DNA of 63,674 bases, filler included, from Streblomastix strix (taxonomy: Eukaryota), in assembly GCA_008636045.1 (NCBI GenBank). It is 4 parts of 4 records of this genome, joined end to end, with 100 filler letters (N's around TTAATTAATTAA, not from the genome) between each part and the next. Parts side by side here need not be neighbours in the genome. Positions count along the whole stretch, not along the records: positions 1 to 15,850 come from SNRW01000920.1; 3 more parts are not named here. One strand, given 5' to 3'. Shown here one piece after another: positions 1-14,133 of this stretch; the first letter of the stretch is position 1, and every line of letters begins with the position of its first letter. Under the pieces are notes generated by a model. It ran no database searches. It saw nothing but the letters and a program-made list of their open reading frames with translations, and had not been told where the DNA came from. A program made the position numbers and the translations under genes.

Positions 1-2
1 TC

Positions 3-518
3 TATGATGAATATGGGTAGAAACCTAATTTTATAGAATCTATTATTGCTTTTTCTTAATTTAACAGAAAATATTAAGAAGATGCAAAGGTTAAGAAAAT
101 TACATCAAACATCAGAATTAACAGCTTAAGATTATTAAATCAATTACATATGTAATAAAATAAAGGTGTAATTGGATTAATGATTCATGATTGGCGTTAT
201 ATTCAATTGCTTGTTTAAATAATTGGAGTTGCAGGAGGATAATTTGAAGAAAACCAACATATTATTGAATAAACAAATTATCATATCAGTCACTTCTTTA
301 ATTCTTTATTTGAAAATTAAGAATAAAATGAATAGTTAAAAGAATTGGAGAGAGAAAGCGAGGAGATATTTGAGATTGAAGGTGGGTTAGAAGAACTTGA
401 TTCAAATTTATATTAAAATGATTAAAAAAATTTATATGATTTTGAGGATGGAATATTGAATGTTAGATTAAGTATGTGGAACTTGTGGGTCGATCCTTCA
501 AACGATGATGATTGGTGA
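3..518 (+). CDS. 3' part of an uncharacterised helical (ARM/HEAT-like) family protein with AGG...EGGLEE C-terminal motif; truncated by contig start
   Basis: Frame 3 is open with TAR=Gln up to TGA at 516-518. It reads ...IIGVAGGQFEEN...FEIEGGLEELDSNL...WVDPSNDDDW*. The motif is shared with four other genes in the window. Confidence 0.8.
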
Positions 519-1566
519 TGAAGAATAATAAGGTGATGAACAATAAAGTAAATTGAAAGAAAATGTTTAGGAAATTATCATTGATATAATAAGTCAAACA
601 TTTAAGTCCAGTATTTTTTCTAAGTACTCTACTTTGCCAAATTTATTGGATCGATTTGTTTTAAATTTATTTGTTTATCAAATAAAATCAGTTAAATTAG
701 AGTGTAATATAAGCTGTGAACTACAAACAAATAAATTTAAGGTCTTCAATTAACTTTCCAATATAAGCTGGAGTTTGTGAATAAAAAATTTCCTATTGCT
801 AAATCCAGCAGCATCTTTTCAAGAAAACATTTTGATTTTGCAGCAGCTAGATTTCAAATTGGTTATTTTACAATTTAAAGATTTTGATCAATATTTGAAT
901 AGAATATGATGATTGTAATTTTGTAAAATATTAATTTTTTAAGCACCAAACCAGTGGTCAATTTAAGGAAAAAGATGGTCTTCTTTTGATAAAGTTGATC
1001 TTCACTTCGTATTTTTTATTGAAAATAAAAATAGTAATATTCAGTTTTATGTATCAGTTTTAATTTTTTTGATCAAAATTTACTTTTCCATATGATATTG
1101 GTCCAAATCAAATAGAAGTAAATTTTAATATTAAATATTCATAATAAGCCAATTCATAAAAATTCAAAAAAATTAAACATATGATTAGTGATCATTTTAT
1201 TAACTAAAAGATAGTCTGCTTTTGACAAAAGATGGTTTGCTATTTGACCAAAAGTTGGTTTGCAAAAGCAAACCAACATATACTAAAAAAGACCTGGGCT
1301 CAAACGGTACATTTGGCCGAGACAATTGTGAGATTTTATTATATATTTAATTTCTTTTAATATTAAATGTTAGAAACATATAATTTATATAATAATTTAA
1401 ATAATTATTACGTTAATTATTTATAGAAAACAATTTTTCGAAAAAATGGATAATTTAAAGTAATTTTGACATTATATTTAAATTTTGCAATAATAATAAA
1501 AATTTTAAGTTAATTTTAAAATAAAGATATATATTTACTGTTTTCTTGAGTTCTAATTATTTTTTT

Positions 1567-1828
1567 TCAAATTTAACCTTCTTCAACTAAGAATAGCTCA
1601 TTGATCCTCTTTTTCCACTCCCTTTCAACGTGAGCTGCAACTAAGCATCCGTAAATCTCATTTTAACGCTTTTTGACGCAGTTATCCCCATAGATGGTAG
1701 TTTGTCGAAATCAAATGTGGTGACCTTGGAGGCTATTCGATGGAACCGTCACCTCCAATCCTTCTATTTGGTAGTGTTTCATTTAATGTATCTCGAATAT
1801 CATGTGAGTAGCGAGCGGGAGCTCCATC
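1567..1828 (-). mobile_element. Degenerate Tc1/mariner (IS630-Tc1-mariner) transposase, C-terminal catalytic fragment
   Basis: Minus strand reads DGAPARYSHDIRDTLNETLPNRRIGGDGSIEQPPRSPHLISTNYHLWGQLRQK. This matches the DGAPxH...PxRWIGRxG..WPPRSPDLxPxDFxLWG.LK signature. It is followed by a stop/frameshift and WKKRINELFLVEEGQI*. Confidence 0.8.
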
Positions 1829-3099
1829 TAATAAATATATAAAAAAAATTTTAATAAAATATTTAAAATTTTTATAGTAAATTTAAAACAAATATATTTA
1901 ATTTTATATTTTTAATTTTTTTAATAAATATTTATAATTTTAATTAGTTTAAGTATATATTATGAAAAATATTGACAATTATTTTGAATTTTGATGTTTG
2001 AATAATTATCTAATTATAATTTTTCAATAAAAAATTATTAGATTTTTTGAAAAAATGCTTATTTATTTAGTTATTGTGCAAATAGAGAACTAATCTACGA
2101 TTAAGATAAATAATTATATTTAAGTAGGTGATACTCATTTTTTACAATAACAGTCACCTATAATTTTCAAATTATTATTTTTATAAAAATGTAATAATTT
2201 TCTTATCAAAAAAATTTCAATAAAAAATTTCAAGTAAAAAATTTTAATTAAACATATTATGCTAATAGAAGAATTTGATTCTTCTGAATTAATATAATAT
2301 TCATTGTAGAAGATGTTGAAATAAACTTAAAAATTATTATTGTACAAATTAAGAAGTTATTTATATTTTGTAAAAAAAAATACTTTTTCTTAATATTTTA
2401 ATACTAATATTTGTATACAAAGAATTTTGTTGAAATTATTAATTTGAAAATCAAACTAATTTTATGAGTTTATCACTACATCAACATTTATATATATAAC
2501 AATTTATTGAATTGGATCAATTTTTTTTAAAAATTTTTTTGTCCCTTATAATTTGTTTCAATATATGATTAGTCTAACATAATTGAATATTAGATTACTC
2601 ACTAATTATTCATATGCGAGGCCTGATTATTATATATGTATTATGTCTTGAGTTTGTACAGGGTGGTGGAGAAGTCCATCCGTCAAACTTTTCTATATAC
2701 CCATAGAAGGTATTTTAATTTATTATATATATGTATATTTTATATGATGTTATAGAAAAATTGGATAGCTTTCTTTTATGATTAGATGTTTATTCATAAC
2801 AAAATGATAATTTTTATATGTATGAAAATTGAAAATTTTTAAAATCTTATTATAACTATAAGATTATGTATATATTTGAAATAATAAATATATATTTGTA
2901 TTATGTATGTAAGATATATATAATATATTATATAAATGCTAAAATTGGAACACTTTTCAAAAACTCAAAAACGGAATTTTCTGATAATTTTTTTAAAGCC
3001 AAAATTTTAAAACATATTTAATTTTTTACATATTAAATAAAACAAATTTATCTTTTATATTTATTATTATTTATGAATTTAAGAAGAATTTCAAATTCC

Positions 3100-4181
3100 T
3101 TCTAGGCATGTCATGCTTTTTCCTGATGGACCAAAGACCAGGAAAGGAAGAAAATTCGCGATAAAGATTTTGAGAATATTAAACGTATCCAAGGGAGCAA
3201 TAGACATGATTTCATACGGATAGAGATACCGCAACTAAAAAATATACTATTATGCGATGGAAAAACTCAATAAATGGGCTCAAATCAATCAACACATAAT
3301 ACTTGATTTATTAATAAAGAAATCACACATCATTATAGCAGAGGTACTAGCTTAATTCACTTCAGTAAAACTTCAGCGAGCTCTGCACTTTAGTTTCTTA
3401 ATCGACTCACCTCAATGATCTCACTCACATTTGAAATAGATTTAAAGAATAACCGTATGTTTCAATTCACCAGAAAAGCGATCTCAGCATACATGATCGT
3501 CAAACCGAAATATGAAGACACATGGAACATGGGAATACTATTTGACTAATGGAGAGAAAAAGGATCGAACCGAAATTTGACAAATATTGAACTATGAGCC
3601 AAACTCATTTCACTCCTTATGAATATTTGTTCAATGAGACCAGCAGAAATCGAAGGAATATCTCTAATGCACTCAGTAATTTGCGAGGAAACCAACCAGG
3701 TAGACATGTGATTGCAACGGAAAACAAAAAATCTGGATTTCTTTTACATACACTTCCGAAAACTAAAAACAGAACTGTACGTCAAAGAGCAACCTTTTTC
3801 GATTGATTGTAAGGAATTGAAAACAAACACGGTTGATCGTTCAGTGATAATAAGTATGGAGCATTATAATGTAATGAAGACATAACTATACCAACCAAAA
3901 GAGGCCAAATCTCACTCAGATTAAAGAAGTTACTAGATTTGATCAGTATAAAAGGGAAACAACTATATTCATTTAGACACTCAGCAGCAATATAAATAGT
4001 AGTAATGGGTCTAGACGAAACATTATCAAACACTTACACAGGACATGCGAGAAATTTGAAATAGACAAATGAGTACTATGTATTTGCAGAAAAATTTATT
4101 GAAAATGAAATTGTAACGAAATTATCTGATACTCGCGGCCAATTTGGATGCAATCCAATTTCAAGTACTCAATAAAGCTGA
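3100..4181 (+). mobile_element. DIRS-type retrotransposon relic: tyrosine recombinase ORF (pseudogenised)
   Basis: Translation gives KPKYEDTWNMGILF, CSMRPAEI (catalytic R), LYSFRHSAA (HxxR box), YTGHA and NEYYVF (catalytic Y). There are several TGA stops and frameshifts, no introns, and GC is above background. Confidence 0.8.
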
Positions 4182-5595
4182 AGTTGTTGGATAATATATT
4201 CACTCCTCAATTGCTAATGTGGGACTATTGGTAATTAGAGGATGTAAAATAACATATAACAACTTTGCCTTTGTCTCACACTTCAGTCTAAAACTCTACT
4301 GAAATTTATTCATACAGTTTTTTACTTTAGTCCAAACTCTTTGTGGCGTTTGTGAATCAATCACTTCACTTTATGTATCATATATTTTTTTATTACATTA
4401 TCTTTATCAATCTCCTGGAAGTGCCATCTCCCAACATTGACAAGTAAATAGGTTAACTGTTGACAATGGTATCTAATAAACTAGTGGGCATGAGATGCCA
4501 GCAATCATTCATGGGAGGATATGCTCACGCAGTTCGCTGATAGAATTGAAACTAGATACAAAGATAATTTTGCTTTTTTGGTCATTTTATTTAACATTTA
4601 AACATTTTTATTTACTACTTTAACCAGTTTTAACTTTAAGTTTTAATCTTATTTTGTTTAAGTAACTTTCTTTAATTTAACTTTAACCTTTAAATTCGAA
4701 GTGATAACTTCTATGCTTAGCTGCGTTGGTATAAATTTCGGTTTTTACACTTATACACTATTTGTTTATGGGGATTTTTTCTTAGCTAAACTCCAATATC
4801 TATTGAAATTATTGTTTAATATTGAGATTAAAATATTATTTGTGAATTAATGTTTTATCATTTAATATTGAAATATGTTTAATTTATGTGATAAAAAATA
4901 ACCTTTCAATTGGTATCATTAATATTTTGTTTCAAAAAAATTTATTACATGCCACAAATTATAACCTACTTTCCAAATTTTGTAATAAAATAACGTATCA
5001 AAACTCTGATTTTGCAAAATGAAATGGTTCAGAATGATAAAATATAACAAAATATAAAATTTGAATATTATACGAAGAAGAAGTAACATTGTAGGCTATA
5101 GAAGATTTGAATTGTATTAAAGTTAATATTTTATTAATTTTATATAATTTAAATTTTTTAAATAAACATTATAAAAGATTTGAATGAATAATTATTTATA
5201 TTAATTTATAATTTTTAACAAAAATGTGGGTTTATTATAAATATAAATTTAATCAAAAATTTGTTATTTATTAAAAAAATAAATGAAAATCATAATTAAG
5301 ATGTGAAAAATGGCACCATTGATAAATTTCTGCTTATTTCCCATTATTTTCTGAAAATATACATAAGCAGAACAATGGACTCATGGTTTATTTTAATAAA
5401 AAATTTAAGTGAGATAGAAAAAAAAAACTATTGTAAATTTTTCATGAAGGCACTACGTATCCTTTGATGTAGCTGCATCATAAGAGGTAAAATTGATCAT
5501 AATTGAATCAATGGACTTGGTGTATGCATTTTTTAATGAAGCATCAGAAATTCTTTTGTTCAATCTTGTTTTGAGGTGAGTTAAACGAAAAATGA

Positions 5596-6057
5596 TTAAC
5601 GAAGATCTTGATTTTTTAGGAAATTTTAAACCATCAAGAGAAATTATTCATCGTTAATCTTGGATGGAGGTATAATATTTCATAGCAACAATGTTGTAGT
5701 TCTGAAAACATCTACATTTTAGATTGCCTTCCACATTTGCTAATATTACAAACCGGAGCTATCAATATAGAAGAAATTGCGAGACTTGGTGTATAAACAT
5801 TTTGTGGTTTAAATAAATTAGACATTATTGTTAACGGATCGTATATGGACGGCGCATCGGCGATAGCAGCAGAACTATTTTTGTTTTAACTAAAAAATTA
5901 TTCAAATTACTAATTTAGCTATTAGACGAATTTGTTCTATGACTGCTGGATTGACCACCTTTTGGATTGCACATTTAGAAAAAACTTGAATTGCTTGCTC
6001 TAACGTACTCAATAACTCGCTAAATTTGTTAACTTTAATCGGCAACAAATAAGTTGA
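5596..6057 (+). pseudogene. Intronless open frame, possibly a degenerate hAT-like DDE transposase fragment
   Basis: Open with TAR=Gln. IIVNGSYMDGASAIAA and YDCWIDHLL loosely resemble the hAT D-G-A-s and CxxH motifs. The similarity is weak. Confidence 0.25.
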
Positions 6058-8149
6058 AAATAAAATCATGATTGGTTTAGACTTGTATAATAATTAATTA
6101 ATTTTTAATTTATTAATTATTTTTTTAAATAGATAAGAAAAATTATAATTGAGAATCTGAAACAAATAGCAGAAACATATAGTTTGGATTATTATTGACT
6201 TGAAAGATTCTATAAATAGCTTTAAATTTGTATTTTCGTTAGATCAATATTGTTTTAAAAGAAATTAATATACAATTTGACATATAAAATAATTAATACG
6301 CATTTCTTTGATAAAAAAAAATTTAATGCATGCACTGTTTGAAAAAAGAAAAATTAATTAAACATAATAAAATTTGACTATGGTAGTAATAGTATATCGG
6401 GTTTCCTTAAATATTCTAATTATTCATCGTCGAACTGATGTTTGAATCCTGCTTATTTTTTATTTTATTAACGTGAAAATTTTTTTAAAGAGGTCATTCT
6501 ATTAAATTTCATATTAATTAATTTCAATTATTTTTTGTTAATATTTATTAAATTTAATTATACTATGCTAATATTTCCTGCTTTAACTCTGTGAGTGTAA
6601 AACAGATTTATATGTTATGCTAGCCTTTAGTTTTTTAAATGTTATTGTTAAAATACAAATTGTGCATTTTTTTTGCTTATTTTGATTGATAAAATTATTG
6701 TTGAATAAAGCATCTTATTTAATATTATTTTTTAATAAAAATAAACTATTTTTGATATTATTTCTAATTTTTTTAAATTAAATAAAAAAAATTTTTTAAT
6801 CAAATTTTTAAAATAAAATTTAAAATTTAAAATTTTTAAAATTTATTTTCTAAATTTTTGAAATTTTAATGCAATTGCAAAACAATGTAAAATGAATTTT
6901 TTTAACGAAATACTGTTTAAAAAAAAAATTTCCGTCAGGAATCATTCAACGTTTTTTTTTATAATTTTTCTCAATTATGCTTTGATATTAATATTTGAAC
7001 CCTCTACTTTGGCAAATAATGATGATTATTATGTATATAGTTCGTGTAGTTCTCCATTAACTTTCAGACCCACGCTTGCATACAGTTCCATTTAATGACA
7101 CCTATATGTAACTCCAAATGGATTCGTAATATTTGAAATATGATTATCAACTTTAATTTTTGATGATAGTTTAAAGTAATTTATCTAGTGCCTAAGGTTT
7201 TTTATTATATTTCCAACTCAATCGATTTTGAAATTATTTAGAAAGATACCAATATTTTCGTCAAGGTATATAGGGATTGGATACATAAATATCTTCAGAA
7301 ACTGACTTATTTGGGGTGATATTAACATTGGAGGAAATCAAATTACCAATCGTCTAGTGAAATATTTGAATAAATTATAGTTGAATTATGTTTATTCTAT
7401 AACAATACTGTTAAATAAAGTACTCAAATGTAATATTATATACCAAAAGTTCTGATTTTTTATTTACATATTTATATTTATCTACAATATAAACAAGATT
7501 AGAAGACATTACATTAAAACTGAAATACTGAGTTAAAAATATATAAATAAAAAAAATATTTTGTTTAAAAAAATGCCTTTTAAAATTTTACAATTTTATT
7601 TTTGTGCATATATATGGATGAATCATCAATCTTTTAGAGGAGATATTTTTTATTGAACTCATTTTTTGCGAAATTCCACAGAATTTTTCACTTTTTCACA
7701 ATAATTTCCATGGTTAAAGATGAATTTAATTCTTACTAAATGCAGTTTTATATATTTATCTCTTTTTAATTATGATTTGGATTCAAATTTTGAAAGAGTT
7801 ATAAATTTTTTAAATTCACAAAATAAAACATATTGATTGATTATTATTAGTAATAATTTATAAAACTCTTTAATAATTATTTAAATATGATTTAATTTAC
7901 AAAAAGTTGTTTAAGCTGAAATGATTAAATTAAATTATTTCTGCTTTTATACCAAATCAATAACTATTAATGGACTTTGGTCTAAGAAGAACTCAATGCA
8001 GGTTATCAATGATATAAAAGAATAATATTATATTTAATTTAATTTATTAGTTTGTTATGAAATGGATAATTACTGAAAAAACATGAAATTGATAATTACT
8101 GAACAAATATGAAATAGATCAAAATTGCCAATACCACCTTGGTCTTGGA

Positions 8150-10230
8150 TTAGTCTTGTCAATATATCGGATCAATATTGTTCCTTTAACTTTGTTTGTC
8201 TAGTGTTTTATATTATAATCTTAGTTTCGTATATTTATTAATTATGAATCTACTTCCTCATTCTCTTCTTTTTTTCAATTTGTTCGTCATCTATTTTAAT
8301 AAGAGCAGACTTTGATATGTTTGATACAAATGTATAATTTATTCTTTGATGAATATCTCTGACAAAATAAGAAATATCAATCAGACCATTATATGTTTTT
8401 TAATATTATATCTCTTCACAATTACCAGAAGCGGTACCAATTGATGTGATTAATATTCTTCCGTATCCATCATTAATCGGTTCACTTTTAACTTATTCGT
8501 TTCACCGATCCTAAATCAATCCGAGGCACCATCAACATTTTATTCTTATTTGAAATGCTTATTCATTTTGCTACTAGTTGAAGTGGAAATTGTGTTTGTA
8601 AATACAAAGAATAGTTAGTGAAAGTAGTAGATTGGGGATTTGGATAATTTCTTTGCACTTATTATTAACCTAGATTTGATTAGAAAGGAGTATTTGTGAA
8701 GAAGAAACCAGTAATTGAGAAGATGAAGTAGAAGAATATTCAGATTATTATTACTATTATTATTAATATAATCTTTTTCTATTTCTTGGAGTTATTTTCC
8801 ATCTGAATTGACGTTGAGCCACATATGAAACTATAAATAGAGCAAAATGGAGAATAATAATGTGTGGTTCCTCCAACGAATTTTAGAATTTTAATTCAAT
8901 CAGAAGTACTTCAACAAGAGTCGAGAATACAGATTCTTATAAATCTAATAAAGTTTGCGACCTTTGAATGAGTACGTTGTAATGACACTTGATTTCGTAT
9001 GGACAATATAAATGAATCAGAAGCGGAAATCTTTATTTCATTATCTTAATAATTTGATCTGTAGTGCCTTATTTTATAATTGATTGGATTATTTTAATTA
9101 ATTATTTTGATTATCTCATTTTTCTTTCTGTTTATTCATTAGTTATTAAGTTATTTATTCTTTATCTCTTTTTTCTTTCAAATTATTGATTGTGTTTAAT
9201 AAATTAATTAAATTCTTTTTTATAACTTTTCCATAAATTTCATTCATTGATTAATCTGATTCTCGTCCTTTCATTTGATGAATATATATTCTTATCAATA
9301 GTTCAACTTCAATAGAATATTTTTTAGCTTTTCTTTCTTTCTCAAATTTATTTTTGATTGCCGATTAAATCATATTTAATTTTCCAGATTATTGAAAGTC
9401 ATCAAAGATAGGATCAAGTCTGAATATGCTTGGCATCTATATTCCTTTTTCAGCAATAAATTCAATTATATCTAATAATATCTTTTCTATTCTAGTTATA
9501 TATTAATTAAATTTTATTTTAAACTAATTTTAATGCCTCAATATTAGATATCTTTCTTAATTCGTTCAAATTTTTCTTTTTCAATTCATTAAATATTTCT
9601 CTAATTTTTATTATTTTCTCTTCATCCTTAATTGTTTATAATTAAATAATGAATTGAAGATCTTTGATTATTTAATATAATTAATCTTTTTACTAATCCT
9701 ATTATTATTTATTTTTATTTTTTTCCATTTAGCTTGTGAATAACGATTATAATTAATTTATCGAATTTCTTTATCACGGAGACTAAATTCAATAATGTTA
9801 AACGTAAGATGAATATTATCTAATTTATTATTTCATTTATTATTCTTTCATTAGTATTGTTTGATGTTATTAAGATAATTTTTAATATTAGGCTGATTGT
9901 TATTTATGAAAGATTTGAATATGCCTATCAATGTTTTCTATTTCATATTCATATGTGCAATACGGGCAACTCGTCACAATTCCATTAATATTACTTTATT
10001 CATTTTGGCAGCGCATAAATGTCCTGTATATCTGATATATTTATTCATTGATATTTTATTATGATTAATTATGAAATGTTGAAATATGATCTAATATTTG
10101 TTCATTTTTCTTCTTAATAATACAGAATGGGCATATCTCCTTTAATTAATTAAATTCATAGTTTTCTTCTTCCTACGAACGTGTTCCTTTTTAATGATCG
10201 TCTAGTGCTCTTTATTCAGACTTCTTTCAA
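8150..10230 (-). pseudogene. Degenerate Q/E/K-rich coiled-coil-like coding region
   Basis: The minus strand has coding-like TAA/GAA/AAA periodicity (e.g. IIEFIAEKGIQMPSIFRLDPIFDDFQQ) but repeated TGA stops and frame changes. No family recognised. Confidence 0.35.
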
Positions 10231-10849
10231 GTAATATTTTTGATAATATTATATTAATGAAACAATTAAAATGAAATAAAATGATATTTGAAAAATTAAT
10301 AAATAAAGTTAAATAATAAGTAAATATAATAATAAAAATTAATTTGTTTAAAATCTAATATTTATAAATAATTAAGATTAATAAATATATTTATGTTAAA
10401 TTACCTTTTTAAAATTCTTACGATCTAAAAATAATTTACGAAGCATCACGTGATTATGAATCATATATGCTGGATTCTAACATCGAATTAAAGTAAAATA
10501 AATTAAATTAAAAATTTGAATTGTAATGAATTTATTAAAAATAAAAAAATCAATTAATAAAAAATAATATATATTTTTTTATCATTAAAATTAGATATTA
10601 TATAATTAAGTAATCTGGAAATTTTATATCTTATTTCTTATAAATTCGACTAAAAAGTGATTAATGATTAATATTCGATTATCTTTAATGGTCAGATGGT
10701 AATTTGATTGGAAAATTAGAGTGAAATAAATCGTTGCAATTACGAACTTTGCATCATTAATACAGGAAATAAATTATATTCAGTTCCCGTTTCCTTAAAT
10801 TTCACTCTGAATGAATGATTTTAATGATCTTAAGACTAAAGTTATATTA

Positions 10850-12390
10850 AATGAAGGTTGAGATGCATCTGTTGGACTATAAATGCAAATCCTGTAGAAT
10901 CAATAAATAATTTTGAGAGTGATCAAACAGAATAAACCATGATAGCTAAGGAATAAAATTCTAGACTTAATATTGACGACATATGTTAGCGATGATGGCT
11001 GGGTGTGATCATGGAACACAACTAAGAGTAAATATTGCACACTGATCAATGGCTGGGCTCGTGGTACCTACAATCAATTAACAAAAGGAAGTTAACAACT
11101 GTATAAGTATCTCTAAGATTGCTGAAGTAATCAATTTTGAAATGGGAAGACAATTGCATACTACAGAAGAAAGATTACACAACCATTGAATTCTCAATCC
11201 TTAAATAAAGTGCTGCATCAGCATTCCTATAGCTTGTTAGAGACATATTTCCAAATATAGATAAATTAAATTTAACAATATACGCGGAACATCTGTCAGG
11301 TTTACATAACACAAAAGCGGATGCATTGAGCAGGTTTTACTGTTTCAGTAACTTCAAGATTAAACCGGTGTTTTTGAGGGAAGCACTACATCAAATCGAC
11401 TTTCACTCTACTCTGGACGCCTTCGTCCACAGAACGAATAAGTAATTAAACAGTTACTGCTCTTCATTAAAAGATAGGAAGGCTTTCGCGACAAAAGCTA
11501 TGAGTATCTGTTGGAATGAGGAAGAATTTCTATTAGACTCCCACAATCGGACTTTTTTTCAAAGTGATATAGAAACTAATGAGAAATAAATCAGTTGTAG
11601 TATTAATTCTTACCAGATGGTGCCAATATAAATAGAAGTTAATGTTACCTCAATTATTGAATCAGATAATGCCGGGCTCATCAGAATAAGTCCTAACTCA
11701 GGACAAATTCATGAAAAAGAACCGAAACTTCCACAAGGAACAATAGAGCTGATAAAGGTAGATATAAGAACAGTGAATATCTGTAAAGGTAATTAGCAGA
11801 ATCAACAATTTTGAACCTACAAATTCTTTTCAACTACTTCAATTCACCCCAACTAATAACTTCAGAAGAAATTCAGTAAACATTAGTGGCAATAATTGTT
11901 GTATTCTATGCTACATGGATGATCGACTAGAACAAATGAAAGTTTCAGAAATTGATTATGAGTTTCACTAAATCTCTTTACAGATTCAAACATTAAAGGA
12001 CAAGTAAATAGTCAAACGTACAATTATTTTCATGAAACGAATTGGTAGATGCTGCCCTGTCAAATAATTGATATATAGGACAGCTCAAAGAGAAAAATAT
12101 TTGACAGAACTTGATCAAATTTGGCATAATTTAGCAAAGAAGGTATTTGCAACACCACAGTATTGTAGTAATTAAGTTACAGCTTTGATTAGAAGAGCTG
12201 ATGTCCAATTTCCATACACAGGTCCATTCATACGATACTCCATGAAGGCACGTTTAGGAACAACAGGTGTAACATAACCAGAAATAAAATTTTTTTTACA
12301 AGAAACGCAATGACATCTAATGTTGTAGGTGTTTATTAAATTAACACATTGAAAGAGATTTATCTTTATGACTAATACTGAATTAAGAAT
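10850..12390 (+). mobile_element. Second DIRS-type relic: RNase H, methyltransferase-like ORF and decayed tyrosine recombinase
   Basis: RNase H: LTTYVSDDGW (TDASxxGW), SINKRKLTTV and HLSGLHNTKADALSR. DIRS MT-like: TLDAFVHRTNKQL...ICWNEE and KLPQG. YR tail: PYTGPFIRYSM. The domain order is typical of DIRS; heavily disrupted. Confidence 0.8.
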
Positions 12391-14133
12391 GATTTATGAA
12401 ATATATATATATATATAATATATACATATTAATATAAATAATATATGGAAAATATATAAATTAAACAATGAATATTAACATATTTGCTGTGATTGTCACT
12501 AAAACGGACCGGATATGGTATGTTCGTCCCCTTTAGCAAATACATGTTAATTTTATAAATAGGCAACATCAATTTCAGCAAACCACAAACCAGCAACTCT
12601 TAGTATTTTCAAATAAACGGACTATTTCACACATTCATCTCACTCAGTGATCTCTCTAAGAATTTTTTTGTACTTGCAAAAAAATTTGAATCTTTGCATT
12701 AACAGAAATTTGGTTATTAAAACTTTTATTATATACTCTTTTTTTCATTTCTTGTTAATTTTCCTTCCTATTTTTTATTTTTCCTTCATTATAGTCCAAT
12801 TTTCTCTTTCTACTTCTTTTATTTCCCGTCAAATTCATAAATCTTCTCTGGCATGTCATATTTGAGTCATAGTATATATTTAAAAAAATTTCTTGCAGAA
12901 TCTTGGCAAGAAGCAAGGATGTTTAATGCCTAGAGGGATCACTGATCTTACAAACCTAAATTTGATTAATTATCTAGAAGTGAGCCACTTCATACATATA
13001 CATTTCACAACCTCAAATATTTTTATCTAGTTAAAGACATATGATATATATATATATATATAATAGTAATGAAAATGCAAAACTATTCATAATTAATTAT
13101 AATAATAATATTTATATATATAAATTCTTCAAACGATTATATTTTAATTAACAATGAAGATTTATTACTATATGACTGGTATATATAAGACCCAGAATGT
13201 AAATGATAGGGTTATGCTTATACCTAGATTAAGAATAATAATAAATTTCCATTGAGTTTGAAATAATAATAATAATATATTATCTTAACTTATACTTCAA
13301 TATCTAATAAGTCTGCAATAGCTCAGAGTCTCAGTTCTTAGCGCTGACGGCGTAGCAGAACTGGTGAATATCGGAGAGCTTTCTACAGACGAGGAAGAAC
13401 TGGATGAAGAACAATTGCCTTAGTGATGTTCGCTCCGAGAGGTTTTTCGTTGCAATTGCTCGAAAACAACTTTTCTGCACACATCACATGTTATATTTTT
13501 AAACATATTTAATCTATTTTGTCAAATCCGACCGATTTCAAAGTAAAAATATATTTCAATAAACAATGGAGATTTAATATTATTATTCTGAGTATATGTA
13601 ATTTTTTTATTTTATTTTATCTATTTTCAATGATTCAAATGCATTTTCTTCTCATACTCAGCATTGATTACGATGAACTTCCAATTTTAGCAATAAAATT
13701 CATATTAATATCATTTCGCTACTATATTTAAATTTAAAATTGTTGAAATAAATAAATTTTATTCTTATTCCTATTTTTTACTTGAACTCACCACGCACAA
13801 TTTTTGAAATGAATTAAAATTAAATTTCATCACAAGCTAGCTTGCAAAGCGTTCTAAGATAAGGTATGTTTTGCCCAACCAAAAATTAGATTTTTCGCTG
13901 CTTTTCTTATCTCCTATTTTTCTCCGTTGCTTGCAATATTTAGTCGTTTATGATGACGTTCTTAATGTGGATAGACTAATTGAATTATAATAAGTAGCAG
14001 AACATATTGAAATGGTCGATATGCGTATGACAACCATTGCTTAATTACTAATTTTGCTTAATTATCGTTTTTGTCGCTAAATTTGTACTATTTTTCAGAG
14101 TCAATACCATAATTTATGTAAATTCTTTTTTAA

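Noticed and set aside
6980..7385. Hsp70-like words (IFEPST, GDINIGGNQITNRLV)
   Set aside because: The fragments are short, in different frames and not in Hsp70 order; insufficient evidence.
13385..13430. U3 snoRNA because of GAGGAAGA/GATGA words
   Set aside because: Boxes A, B and D could not be identified.
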